A stretch of 64,000 nt of DNA from Tubiluchus corallicola (Eukaryota; Animalia; Priapulida), in the NCBI GenBank assembly GCA_030141605.1, contig JAQGDQ010000374.1, forward strand, positions 64,830 through 128,829, given 5' to 3'. Shown here piece by piece: positions 38,136 to 51,075 of the stretch. The position numbers and the translations under genes were made by a program. The notes under the pieces were generated by a model. That model worked only from the letters and a program-made list of their open reading frames with translations. It did not search any database and was not told where the DNA came from. Position 1 is the stretch's first letter. Each line of letters opens with the position of its first letter.

Positions 38136-38582
38136 TGAACGATCGATCGAACGAACGAACAAAGGAACAAACAAACGAACGAACGAACGAACGAACGAAG
38201 GAGCAAACGAACGAAGGAGCAAACGAACGATCGAATGAACGAACAAACAAACGAACGAACGAACGAACAAAGGAACAAACGAACGAAGAAGCAAACGAAC
38301 GATCGAATGAACGAACAAACAAACGAACGAACAAAGGAACAAACGAACGAAGGAGCAAACGAACGATCGAATGAACGAACAAACAAACGAACGAACAACG
38401 GAACAAACGAACGAGAACGAACGAATGCGCGAGCGAAATAAAGGACAAACGAATAAACAAGTAAACAAATAAACAATACACAAAATAGCAAACAAATGAA
38501 CGAGTGAGCAAACAACCAAGCGAGCGAAGAAAAGAAAAAAGCAAGTTAACAAATAAATAAACAAACAGATAAACAAACAAAG
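38136..38582. repeat. (GAAC/AAAC)n tetranucleotide tract with higher-order blocks
   Basis: Recurrent block GGAACAAACGAACGAAGGAGCAAACGAACGATCGAATGAACGAACAAAC. Confidence 0.9.
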
Positions 38583-39059
38583 AATAAATATAGCAGTTTT
38601 TCTTGGTGCTTCTTCGGATGCAGTTGCTAATAAGACAGCCATCGACGGACCATTAAATTTGACTCACAATAAAAACACTGAAAGCAAATAATTATAAAAT
38701 ACTTTAGAAAAGTTAAGCCAAACAACGCTGATATCCTTAAATACACACTGGCTTCATCGTTATTAAACACATACACATTATTGTGTATTTATTTTTCGAT
38801 TTATGGCTGCCGTGAATTGGAACACAACTAATCCAATCTGAGCGGTTATTTACACGAAGCGCGCGGATTTTCGCTTGGTTGTTGTTTTTGCGCATTTTTA
38901 TCTTCCGCGCGCTTTCGTGCGACATTCCTCGTGGTTATTCAAGCGGAAATCTTTCCGACTCCGCAAAAAAATCAAACGCGTTTTTTTCTACGGCGCATTT
39001 CCGTTTTTGTTTATAAATCACAGGGTTTGCATTAAAATTCCAATCCGCCATTCTTCGAA

Positions 39060-39462
39060 CTAAATTACAAGAAAGCTATTAAAAATGTCAACTCGCTTTC
39101 CATATTTAAAAAAATATATAAATTAAACTTACTTGAAACATATAACTGATGACTCAATCATGATTTGTTGTTTTTCATTTTCAAAAACTTGTATAGTATA
39201 ATAATATTTTTTATTACTTCCCACCCGTATTTATATTTGTATATATTGTAATATTGTATCTGTATATATTGTAATTCTTCTCGTAACTAATTCTAGTTGC
39301 CCACCATAAGCTAGCTTCTTAGGTCTCTAGCGCAGAATTCATGAATTGTATCATATTTTTGTATTAACAAAACCTGATTATCGATGCACATGTAATGTAC
39401 CATGTATATGTATATGTTTATTGCGAAATAAATCTATTAAAATCTAATCTAATCTAATCTAA
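39060..39462 (+). mobile_element. LINE 3' end remnant with an (AATCT)n tail
   Basis: ..KAIKNVNSLSIFKKIYKLNLLETYN* then an AT-rich 3' UTR, AAATAAA and (AATCT)4. Confidence 0.6.
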
Positions 39463-39970
39463 AGGGGATTAAATCGAGTGGCAACGTAGAGAAAACCATT
39501 TTTGCTGTTTCTTAGATTTGCGTACCCTGTCAAACTAAATGAATCTTGAAGTAGAAATCGTGGAATGGGCTTGTTCCGTTAGCCTACTTAACATTCGAAC
39601 ACCCGCGGGGTTGCGAAATTAACAAAACCTTTAATTCTGCCAAAAGGAAAATTGCGTTTGTTAAGCGCTATTAGTGAGGGACGGGTGAACGACACGGCTT
39701 CGCAGCGTGGTTTCCCGTCGTACACCAACATTTTTTGCGTACCCCTAACTCGGTCAGCTAAGTGGTTGAGGTCCATCAAAACCACGTGTGCTTCGCGTAG
39801 ATCTGAAATCAATCAGTGAAGCTTCCAGTCCTGGGAAAAAATTCCCCGACGAAGTTGAAGATTATCTTATCTAATCGTGTTTGTCTGCACTTCCGTCATG
39901 TAATGCGTCGTCGCTAAAGTTCAGCTTTGCTATTGATTCAAACAAACTTGTAGATGTTGTCAGAAAAAAG

Positions 39971-40078
39971 CAGGGTCTATTTCAGGGGGGGGGGGGATGG
40001 GGATACTTCCCCGGGGCCTCACCCTCCAGGGGGCCTCGCGCCAAGGTAACTTTTTTTTGCTTTATGCGAACATACTGC

Positions 40079-40132
<54 letters not shown>

Positions 40133-40193
40133 CCCCGAAGGGGCCTCACACGCCCCACTTCCCCGGGCTTCGCCTAGGCTGAAATAGGCCCTG
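39971..40193. mobile_element. hAT-type MITE, 223 bp
   Basis: 15-bp TIRs CAGGGTCTATTTCAG / CTGAAATAGGCCCTG (14/15). Perfect 8-bp TSD GAAAAAAG at 39963-39970 and 40194-40201. Internal (CT)n. Confidence 0.92.
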
Positions 40194-40540
40194 GAAAAAA
40201 GTAAAAATAGGTACAATTTACGAAACGTAGAAAATTTACCTTTAATTAGGACAAGAACGACAATTTTCGCGAATCTCTTTTTCCGAAGGCTGTAGTATTA
40301 TGGAACAATTTGCCTGTTTATGTTCGAAACAAAATTACACTTGGCAGTTTCAAGAAGCACATAGTAAGTGGCTTAGAACAAGTGCGTGGAATGTTTTTAG
40401 CGAGTTTTAGATTTGGTCAATTAATGTATTCAAAGCTAAGAGTGCATTGCAATAAATTACTGATCTTCTTCGCATTCATCGTCGTTGTGTATGTGGTTGG
40501 CAAGTCGAAGATGCTAAACGTTTTAGAATGTAATGGTTGT

Positions 40541-41082
40541 TGGCATCCTTCTGTCTCGGAAGACAATAGAGTGTGCGCCAAGAGAGTCAGTTATTGATCA
40601 CATTGATGGAGCTGCAGCGTCGACTGTGGCTGAGCAGTGCGATCCTTGAACGTCTCCAGGGCGCACGCCTGGGCAAGGTGTATGGAGATCCTGAGTTGCC
40701 CAGACAGCAGGAACCGCCTCTCTTCCTCCCTAGTGTAGTCCAAAGGAAAGCGGAGCGATACGTTTGGCACCAGCTTGGCTGCAGGAGCTGCCGGAGTCAG
40801 TGAGCATGCTGCACTGGTCCGCCTTCGGGGCTCCACTCCTGATTTGGAAGGTTTACTCCTCTACGCATGGCCGTTGGGTCACTTGACCTCCTCCGCCCTC
40901 TTACCGTTGGCTGCGTGTGCAGTTCCTCCGCCTAGTGTCGAGATACAGTGTGGGCATCCCGCAAGCCTACAGCACCTGGTATTCGCAGGCGGTCACCCAT
41001 CCAAGTACTAACCAGACTCTACGTTGCTTAACTTCGGTGATCAGACAAGAACCGGTGTTTTCAACGTGATATGGCCGTTGGC
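40541..41082 (-). mobile_element. 5S rRNA-derived SINE with RTE-derived body and tail, copy 2
   Basis: 5S head at 41082-40963. Body colinear with copy 1. 40646-40587 reads RIALLSHSRRCSSINVINN*. 18-bp TSD TTAGAATGTAAT(G/A)GTTGT at 40523-40540 and 41083-41100. Confidence 0.95.
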
Positions 41083-42914
41083 TTAGAATGTAATAGTTGT
41101 GATAATATTAGGTATATTGAAATGTCGTCCCTCTAGGTCGCCAACCTTCGCTGGATTTGCTATTAAATGGGAGTGACAGGCTTGCTGAAGATGAAAATAT
41201 TATTCTGATATGTAACGTAATTGAATTTATTGTACGAAGCCAGAGGTGTTTAGTGATGACTGAGATTGTTAATATTGTACATGAATTTATCATAACTATT
41301 TGTACTAGCTCGTTCGAAAATTTGACATATATTTCAATTTATGTAGTTTAACAAATTTTTATACTGACCTTGTAAACTGAGACGGATATTATTGGTGTAA
41401 TTTTGCTATTACTTTTTGATACTTTATCAACAGTCCAGACAATAAATAGATTTGCTGCTGTTTCGTGGACTCTAATATGTGCAAAATGTTGTTACAGTAA
41501 ATACTTATTTAAACTAACCGTGATAAAATTTTGCATAAAAGCGAAAGCACTGCAAAAGTCCAGCAATATTCCAAAACTCTGCAAATACTACATGTATGTA
41601 GAAATACTTGGTACCACTTATGATTAGTAGTGAAGACACCGTTAGTCCCCAAACTTTACAACAGAACTGGGATGTCTCTAGCAGTGGTTTACTAATGGAG
41701 AAGGACAAAAGGTTCGACAAGTACCCTGGTGTTAGGACGACGACTCTTGTGTTTGCAGTTTTATTAAACTTATCTATGTTATTTCTAACAAAATCGGGCA
41801 GAGTATATATATCTCCAAAGTAGGACAGGTTAGGTTAGGTTAGGAAAGAATATAGCATAACGTAATACAACGTAACATAACTACAAAGAACATAATAGCA
41901 TAGCAGTAAAGCAGTGTTCACATTCCGATTATCGCATAGAATGAAGGAAAATTTAATAAAGGCTCACGTCAAGCTACACAGAAAATTAAAAAAGACGGTT
42001 TACAATGAATATCACTGGCGTGTTATACATATTATCGTATAGCTTTACTACGACTTTTATAGGCAATTCTGGTCCTGAAGTGTTGATGCCGTCATATTCG
42101 ACGTAGAAAATGACGTATATTACGAATAAAAGCTAGTTTTGATACGTCGTTTCGTAATTTCAATGGCTTCGCTTTTGTTAAGCTTATTAATCTCTGTTTT
42201 AGCGGTTTAAAATTTTCCGCGAACACGTATACTGTACATTCTAGCTGTACATTTTAGCTGTATATTTTAGCTGTGCATTTTAGCTGTACATTTTAGCAAA
42301 GTCTGTAGAGAAGGAATGCAAGCTGAAGTGTAAGCTGGTGTGTTCAGTCTAATCTAAGCGAAGTGTCTCTCCCTCTATGTATAGGTAACGAGTTGACAAA
42401 ACTTATAAACAATTTTGAAAACGTTGCATAGGTAAATAAAATTTAATATATGGTTAAATAAATGGTTTTACCCTATATTGCATGATAGTGCGTCCCCTTT
42501 TAAGAAAAAAAGTACTTTTTATAGAAAACGTAGGGTGTATATTAGTTTAGTTTATTAGTTCATTTATTTTTAAGCCCATAAAAAAAATTCAAGATCCTCA
42601 CTTTCTTTGTTTCTCAAAAAAGTTCTAAATTTCTTTTCTTTCAATCTGCATGAGTCAGAATTCCACAATCGGAGCCTCTTTGCCTCTTAGAACTGCCCTA
42701 AATTCCGTGACGTGCGACCTGCAAGGAAGTAATCAGACTGGTTACTAGTGGTTAGCTATGAGTCAATGAGCACGCCCCCGTGATTGCTGTGTTGACGTAA
42801 CTACTTGAATATTACATCTGAGTGTTTCCTGATTTTAATTCCTGATTGCGTCAGCAAACGCTAGCTAAACTTATGAATCTTACGGTGTCTTATGCATCTT
42901 ATAAGCTTTCTCTC

Positions 42915-43131
42915 CCAGTAACTCGCAAACGTGTTGAGACTAGAGCAAAACTTACTGCGAGTTACCGAGAGTAACTCGCCGAGCGTTCACACTAGATATG
43001 TCACGGGAAATCAACTCGCAGCAACTATGGGAAAGTTTGCAATAACTTACCGACAGTTTGCTTTGCAAAGGAGTTCACACCTACGAGTTTGCTAAAATTC
43101 GCGACGGAAAACTCGCTAGTTTGAACGCGCC
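42915..43131 (-). mobile_element. Fragment related to the 27761-28504 element
   Basis: Ends GGAAAACTCGCTAGTTTGAACGCGCC|TTTAA and shares GTAACTCGC/GCGAGTTAC motifs. Confidence 0.7.
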
Positions 43132-43891
43132 TTTAAAAACCGTATTTCAAAGCTATTACTGTTTAGAATGAGAAATATCAATAGACGAAAACACACCGTG
43201 TTCATATTACCAAACCCGGCTAACTGTGCACGGTCTGATAATGCCTGTCGTGTCTTTACATACGTACTGCTAAAGCTTTTAAGTCTCCCCTGACAATGAC
43301 TATAACTACTAGGCCTATGACTTACTTAAACTTCATGCTTCTTGAATTTTTGTATGAGCACTAACGCTTGTCTTCACTGATGGAAATACTGTGTCACGGT
43401 AAAAGTGTTATCGTGTCAAAACTGGAGCGTGAAAAACTTCCCAGAAAAGCTGGGAAATTTACCAGGAGATTGTCGATAAAAAGAACAGGCGACGATGCCA
43501 CATATCTAGGTTTACTTCAGGCTTAATCCTATTAACGTTCAATCATCCAGGCATTTTGAATGCAGCTTTGCTGAAGGCATGTAGCGCACAAAATGGTAAG
43601 CTTGCTTTTATCATAACAGTGATGCTATACAAAATGCAGTGTAGGATTAGAGCACAAAACGTATGGCTCTTTCATGCATAAGCGTATTTATAACCACTAA
43701 AATATAATGCTTGGGACTTCCAAACTAAATGTGTGTGATGTTCAGGAATTTCCTTTACTATCGTGTGTAGAAGTGGGGAGTTTTAGATGGACCAGCTGCT
43801 GTACATGTTTGATCTTATAATCTCAACTTGCGCCTCCTTTTAGATGCTTTCAAACAAAAAGTAAGTAAAAGTATCTTCTCAAGAAACATTA

Positions 43892-44240
43892 CTATAGTAA
43901 CAGTAGTATAGTAGCAGTACTATAGTAACAGTAGTATAGTAACAGTAGTATAGTAACAGTAGATAGTAACAGTAGTATAGTAACAATAGTATAGTAAGAG
44001 TAGTATAATAAGAGTAGTATAATAACAGTAGTATAGTAACAGTAGTATAGTAGCAGTACTATAGTAACAGTAGTATAGTAAGAGTAGTATAGTAAGAGTA
44101 GTATAGTAACAGTAGCATAGTAACAATAGTATAGTAACAATAGTATAGTAACAGTAGTATAGTAACAGTAGCAGCAGTATAGTAACAGTAGATAGTAGCA
44201 GCAGTATAGTAACAGTAGGTAGTAACAGTAGTATAGTAAC
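43892..44240 (+). repeat. 14-bp minisatellite (TAGTAACAGTAGTA)n
   Basis: Seen directly. It abuts a LINE 3' end at 44241. Confidence 0.93.
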
Positions 44241-44562
44241 ATCTTTATTTGTTATAATATATTGAAAATCATAAACTATATTAAGATGCTCAATCAGTGA
44301 TTGTTATAAAACATATACTATTGGAGGAGGCAAATGCGTCAGTGCAAAAACTAAAGTGCAAAGAAAAATAAAATAACTTTAAACTTAAACTTTACATATT
44401 TCACATATTTACAAACTGACTATCAGCAAAATACGGCCTGGGGTAAATGAATTCTGCATTAGTGTGTAAGCTGTCATATTGGAAAGTTGCGTATTCAAAT
44501 CTTGACGTCATTGATGCTTTTGTTTTGGATTTCAATGCTATTAATGATTTAATACGTTTGAT
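44241..44562 (-). mobile_element. LINE 3' end remnant (L-A relative)
   Basis: ATCTTTATTTG terminus, GGCAAATGCGTCAGTGCA motif, and minus-strand ..IKRIKSLIALKSKTKASM.. Confidence 0.65.
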
Positions 44563-44564
44563 AC

Positions 44565-44644
44565 AAAAAAAGCTATTGTAGTTTTCAATATTTTAGAGCA
44601 TTCTTTATTCTGAACTAATGTTTGCACAATCATCCGGTTTTCCT
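44565..44644 (+). mobile_element. MITE family A, right-end fragment
   Basis: GCTATTGTAGTTTTCAATATTTTAGAGCATTCTTTATTCTGAAC...ACAATCATCCGGTTTTCCT|TTAA. Confidence 0.85.
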
Positions 44645-45308
44645 TTAACATACAAATTTATTTTCAAATAATTTTGCAATGCTTGAGTAAAATGAAAGCG
44701 CTGGAGTCGATCAGGTCTCTATCGAGAAGCAGCGTTTGTAGTAATCTTCACCACCACATCAAGCACTGTTTTTTTTTGTTGATTGTATGGTCATTACTTT
44801 TGAAACGCCCGCCACATTTCTGTCTAACGGTCCATTTTTTATGCATTTAAACAGTAAAAAGCTTAATTTTATTTTTTTATTTTCTCTTTAACTTTACCAA
44901 TAAGTTAAAAATGCGTAGAGTGTGAATTGATTCCGAGGCGAAGAATACCTTAGAAAATGCACTTATATAACATATGCAACTGCTAGTATGTTTTTTCTGG
45001 ATTTGTATCTGCGGCATTGAGGTCTTTGGTTCAAATCCTTACAGAGCACGAATTTTTCATTTTCCATTAGCACAAACAACCAGCTCGTACTGTAACCAAC
45101 AAATTCCACTGCTATAGTTTACCCTGAAAATGTCCATCTTTCAATAATTTTGCATAGAAAGATTCATTGACGATTTACAATCCATACAATTACAATTGCA
45201 ATTACAAGTTACAAAACATTTCATAAACAATGCAATACATTACAATGAAGAAAAAACTACAAAGACATGGGGTATAATCGTCAACACAATACACAATAAA
45301 ACAATATT

Positions 45309-45351
45309 GATGATGATGATGACGATGATGATGATGATGCTGATGATGACA

Positions 45352-45382
<31 letters not shown>

Positions 45383-45397
45383 TTACGATGACGATGA

Positions 45398-45431
<34 letters not shown>

Positions 45432-45469
45432 GGTGGTGGTGGTGATGATGATGATGATGATGATAATGA
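45309..45469. repeat. (GAT/GAC/GGT)n tract
   Basis: Seen directly in the sequence. Confidence 0.95.
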
Positions 45470-46136
45470 CCGGCATTTACAGTGGTTAAATAATACAGTT
45501 GTATTATATTATGTTAAGTATGTGTAAATTGCGTATATGTATGTATATTATCTTTATATGTAACACTGCAACTCTCCGTGTTGCTTTCATTGCTTTCATG
45601 GCTTCATATAAATAATGGGTTTACACTAATAAGCTGTCATCACCAGACTTTGTAATAGATAAGGTATATAGATCATGCTCACGTGAAGCCAGTCGCAGCC
45701 TGTCACTGATTTGTGGCAACTTATTTGAAGACGCTGTGTTCAAACATAAGCATTGTTACTGTGGTTTGTTGAAGCCCGCGGGCCTAGTCTTGCTGCGTAC
45801 GCGAGATATTCTTCGTTAGTGTAAATTTGCGTATAAAATTAGAGAGAGAGTCGCGACCGGTTGATCCGACCAATGTGATTAGGGACTCGGGTCATTGCTC
45901 TGCCCAGGCCAGCCGCTGAACTGTTATTCAGTTTCAAAATTTTGCATTCTGCGTCCCATTAATTATAACCCGTGTGCGCTTTCATATTTCCACATGAGCG
46001 GCTGTAATGAATCCGTTTTATTCTCTCGAATAATATGCGCAAATATCTCAATGTAATTGCAGGAAGGATTGAGTTTCCATGACTGCATGCTGCGGCACGC
46101 GCGGTGGCGGCGTCAGTGAAGCCGCACGCGGATCAA

Positions 46137-47104
46137 GGGCGCGTTCATATTCATACGATTTATTGTTGCGACACTAGAGAACAATTGCTGTCGATTTAAC
46201 AACAGAACTATGGCTTCATCTGAAGCTGAAAACATTGCAACTAGTTCCAGAGTATGAACCGAGAGCAGTTACCGTGTAGTATGAGTGTGAACAGAGAAGT
46301 TACCGTGCAGTATGAGTGTGAACAGAGCAGTTACCGTGCAGCATGAGTGTGAACAGAGCAGTTACCGTGCAGTATGAGTGTGAACAGAGCAGTTACCGTG
46401 CAGTATGAGTGTGAACAGTGCAGTTACCGTGCAGTATGAGTGTGAACAGTGCAATTGCCATGCAGTATTAGTGTGAACAGTGCAGTTACCGTGCAGTATG
46501 AGTGTGAACAGTGCAGTTACCGTGCAGTATGAGTGTGAACAGAGCAGTTACCGTGCAGTATGTGTGTGAACAGAGCAGTTACTGTGCTGTATGAGTGTGA
46601 ACAGTGCAGTTACCGTGCAGTATGAGTGTGAACAGAGCAGTTACCGTGCAGTATGACTGTGAACAGAGCAGTTACAGTGCAGTATGAGTGTGAACAGAGC
46701 AGTTACGGTGCAGTATGAGTGTGAACAGAGCAGTTACGGTGCAGTATGAGTGTGAACAGAGCAGTTACGGTGCAGTATGAGTGTGAACAGAGCAGTTACC
46801 GTCCATTATGAGTGTGAACAGAGCAGTTACGGTGCAGTATGAGTGTGAACGGAGCAATTACCATGCAGTATGAGTGTGAACAGAGCAGTTACCGTGCAGC
46901 ATGAGTGTGAACAGAGCAGTTACCGTGCAGCATGAGTGTGAACAGAGCAGTTACCGTGCAGCATGAGTGTGAACAGAGCAGTTACCGTGCAGCATGAGTG
47001 TGAACAGAGCAGTTACCGTGCAGTGTGAGTGTGAACAGAGCAATTACCGTGCAGTATGAGTGTGAACAGAGCAGTTACGGTGCAGTATGAGTGTGAACAT
47101 GCCC
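46137..47104. mobile_element. TIR element (possibly PIF/Harbinger-like) mostly filled by a 31-bp tandem array
   Basis: GGGCGCGTTCATATTCATAC (46137-46156) matches the reverse complement of GTATGAGTGTGAACATGCCC (47085-47104) at 16/20. Confidence 0.65.
46263..47099 (+). repeat. Minisatellite, 31-bp unit, ~27 copies
   Basis: GAGCAGTTACCGTGCAGTATGAGTGTGAACA repeated. Confidence 0.97.
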
Positions 47105-47669
47105 CCAGTCTGCAATGCGAATCGTGATAAGTTTTTGAGCAAATAATACGTTTTCGTCAAAATAACTACAGACTTGTTTAAGCAATACACATCATCATCA
47201 TCTACACCACAAGCGGCAACAGCAGAAGGAACCTGACTAGGATTCATGTCCTTCTACCCACAATCATTTATTCACTTTGCACACCTTTCGTAGAATTGGT
47301 CTATGTTTACAATTTAATTTGATCAGGTGTTGCTTTTTCTGCAAGTGACCTTTTAAGAAAGGTCACACATCCGCGGCATTTGCAAAATTTCTGCTTGAAT
47401 CGCGAACGCAAAATTATCATTCGTGAGAATATCTGCTTGATTAATTGCCATGAACTGCCATGAATGTCAAGATAAATTCAACAGCCTAGTGCCCGGGTTG
47501 TAAGCAAAGGAAGCCCAACACTTCACACATAATGCAAGAAGCAACTCAACACGGAAGCCACAATGCAAGAAATAACAGTTTATATACAATGAAGCCATGA
47601 CAGCATCAAGTTTCTCTGTTCTTGATATCCTTTGATGTTGGAAGAGTAGTTATGGCCAAGGGTCTGTTG

Positions 47670-47932
47670 CGAAAATCTAAGTAATATAGATTTGCAAGGA
47701 AAGTCTTTTGAGATATAATTTAACATTGTCTTTTCTTCCCTTGATTTACGTTGTGCGTATATGACGTCACGTAATGGCGACTTCGGAACAGTATTGCGGG
47801 AGATTTAAAATGAAAACAAACTAAAATTCCTTTCAGTGTGAGTAAGATATACGCATAAAATTGCTGTAAAGTAATATAATTTTTTAAAGCGATTTTTCTG
47901 AAACCTACTTCAGGTGCCCCTTTTCTTGTCCT
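47670..47932 (+). mobile_element. Dispersed repeat family B, right-end fragment
   Basis: Homologous to 5122-5309 and 62480-62739. Ends TTTTCTTGTCCT|TTAA. Confidence 0.78.
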
Positions 47933-50610
47933 TTAAAGCAGAAAATTCCACTATTGTGTCAGACAATAAATACACTGATTAATAAGCTTCATAATAATGA
48001 CAATAATTCTGAATTTGAACTGGCTCTCCACAGTTAAAAATATAGAATTTTTTTCATTCATTGTAATTATAATATCCAGACCAAATTTACACTAAGGAAG
48101 CCATTAAAAACTAAAATGTTTCAAGCCACTTCTTTGAAGAACGAAAAATGAATGGAATTTAATGGCCGCAGTTTTATCGCAAAAGAAAGACAATTCCGTC
48201 GTACCATCGCGTATAAGCTTTCCTGGTGTTCTTAAGATCTCCTCTTACGCTACATCTATCTAATAGCAGAGTCGAAGTTTTTGGAGGTTTGATTTAAGAA
48301 ATCTCACATTCGCCAGTGCAACGACCGCAATCTTGAAGTCAAGAATGCCTTATTTGTTTAAAGTGACTTTTACCGCCTACTGGCTTTCTTCCCAGCTTTG
48401 TTCAAATATTCTTACCTCGGCTTTTCCAATTGAATCAGTTTCAAAGATCTGGCTTCTCACATTGAAGCCAAGGGCACCCCCCCCCACTTGTCTCATAACA
48501 CAAAAAACTAGCCAGGTTTTCATTTCTCAGATGTTGATGTTTAACGTTATTGTCGTTAAAGATATAAATTCTTGCGTTGCTGCTTTCCGGATTAGTCACG
48601 AAGAACCCCGTTATGAATCCGCCCCCTGAGCATTCATTTAATTCTAAATATGATGAGTTCAAATACTGAATCTCCCCGCCTGAATCCTCTTCAAAGCTAC
48701 TCAGTTTAGTGAAACAGCTAAATTAGATTTAACTGCGCGCCGGAACAAAGACATCTTAAAGGCTGTTGCTCCGTGGCAATTTCATTGTCATTGTGTCCTG
48801 GTCAAAATTGGCTAGTTTCATATCCTACCATAGAATCTCGGTGTGTTTTACTGCTCTGACTCCCTGACGTAGTTTGATCAGTTGATGAGTGTTTGCTTAA
48901 ACTGCAGTTTAAAGTTCTATGGACGTTGCTGATTTATCTACTTAGGCGTGGATCCGTGCGTAACACTTTGTTTGATCAACTTGGAATTTATGATGACGGC
49001 GAAGAAATATCGCGACATCTATCGGTGACGGAAGTAAATTAGCCAGCAGGATTTAGACTTTTTACTAAACCCATCATTTCGTAGCTTTTGTCAAGAAATC
49101 ACTTTCAGATATACGTGACGCCAGAGATCGTCTTTTTAACTTTTTATTCATTCGTTCTTAATCGATTGATTGGAAATATCGTATTCAGCAGACTGCGTAA
49201 GGGATTACGTCATTTCCAATCGCCATTATATATATAAAGATCCCACTTCGGGGGGGGGGGTAATTTACTGTTCTGGTATGGACTCAGTTTCCACATTGAA
49301 TAAAAAACTTCTTGCTAAAATCTACCAATATGGTGAACTGCAGTCTTTGTATCCAAGTAGAACTTTAACTGATTTACTTAACGCTGGTTCTGAAATTCTA
49401 AATTTATTATCTTTTTCCGTTTTCAAAAAAGCAGTGTTAAAATAATTTTTATTAATTCTGACTTGGGAATTGTGTTTTGTCAGTAAACTGCGCTGCCAAA
49501 ATCGTTGGTTTTATCATTCATTGCTAATTTATACGACGGAGGCTTTGGTCTTTCATGAGCTTTAAAGGAAAGGCCAATTCATCTGTGAAGTTACGCTCAT
49601 TTCAATGTTCACGAAAAATGTTAGGAGGATTTACTAATAAAACTGCAATAAGCGCCTCGTGTAATTAGTAAAGTCGCTTTAAAGTCGCAATCACTTCCTC
49701 CTTGGACGCTTCCATTTTTAATGCCCATTCTTCTTCCAATGACGTCATTCATCTTGAAGAAAAGTAGCGCACTGTCAATCTTTGTCAAAAGTGTAATAAG
49801 TTTTTACAAAATAGTTAGATAGCTAATTTTGTAGTATTTTTGCGTGAACATTACGTAAGCTGCAGAAGTTTGAGTTCTGCGCGTTTACGAAAAATCACGA
49901 AGTTATCACGCCCAGTTACGTCATGATTTTCAAGTGAATGGCGGCAACCACCACGCCTGAAAATTTCTACTTAGAGGTAGCTTATTTGAAATTTACGCTT
50001 TTAGAGGCTTTTTTGCAAATTTCTTTGTTATATTTTTCTAAATTTAAATGATAACAGTAAAATAAACCCAACATACTCTGTGAATTGTTAACTACAACTC
50101 ACAACGTGACTATAAAAATCGAATAAGGCAGTAATCAGTGTTGCAAAATTCGGAATTTATTCATTTAAACGATTTACTGAAGCTGAGTTAACACTCGAAG
50201 ATTCTGGAAGGTTAGGAAGCTTCCAGGGAAAAATTATTAGTCGGTTGAGTTCAGGCAGGGTGATTGACATCATTCACGCCTGGTTACGATTTTACATTTA
50301 AATGGAGGTGTTAATTGTGAACGTCCTGGCCACAAGAGATTTTGTCCGAAACCAGACACGCTGATTTGACCAGGGATTTGCAAGGTGCTGTGCTCTGTTA
50401 ACTCAATAAATGTCTCATTAACACACGTCAGAGTAAATTAGAGGCATTTGCAAATGTGAATGGGGTGCGCTTAATGTTAACATTTTTAAACATCGCTTAC
50501 CTTGCGGTTGTCATTGTTAGGCTGATGTTCTACGGGTACAGGGTGACCTGAAATGAATGTTTTACCAAATGTTAAAATAAATCTCCAAATCTGTCACACT
50601 GGATGTTTAT

Positions 50611-50858
50611 GCACGTGTGTGTGTGTGTGTGTGCGTGCGTGCGTGCGTGTGCGTGCGTATGTCTGCGTGCGCGAGTGCGTGCGTATGTGTGCACGTGTGT
50701 GTGTGTGTGCGTGTGCACGTGCGTGTGTGCGTGTGCGTGCGTGTGTGCGCGTGCGTTCCATATGTGTGCGTGTGTGTGCGCGTGCGTACGTGTGCGTGCG
50801 CGTGTGCGTGTGTGTAAGCGCGCATGTGTGTGCATGGGGGGGCTGCGTGCGCGTGTGC
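50611..50858. repeat. (GT)/(GCGT)n alternating purine-pyrimidine tract
   Basis: Seen directly in the sequence. Confidence 0.95.
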
Positions 50859-51025
50859 CTGTCCAAATTATACGATTGCAACTAGGCTATACTATCAAAC
50901 GTGCATTTAACAGTTATTGAAGTGTGAGACGCGAGTTAGAAACAAGTGAAAATAGCTACGTTGGAGTAAACCACGCTAATTTGCGTAATGTAATTGTTTG
51001 AATTAAACGAAAATAGTCGAGCTAT

Positions 51026-51075
51026 CACCTGGGTTTGAACTAGGGACGTCTTGTTTACAAGACAAACTAACATAG
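51026..51075 (-). pseudogene. Degenerate tRNA-like fragment (probable SINE head)
   Basis: Minus strand GTCTTGTAAACAAGACGTCCCTAGTTCAAACCCAGGTG gives an anticodon-arm-like stem followed by a B-box/T-loop (GTTCAAACCC). No intact D arm or acceptor stem. Confidence 0.4.

Noticed and set aside
46063-46119. Candidate exon 5 (TTGCAG|EGLSFHDCMLRHARWRRQ*); similar candidates at ~60548 and ~63163
   Set aside because: The frames are short and end in stops, the pyrimidine tracts are weak, and there is no recognisable domain. They cannot be supported without transcripts.
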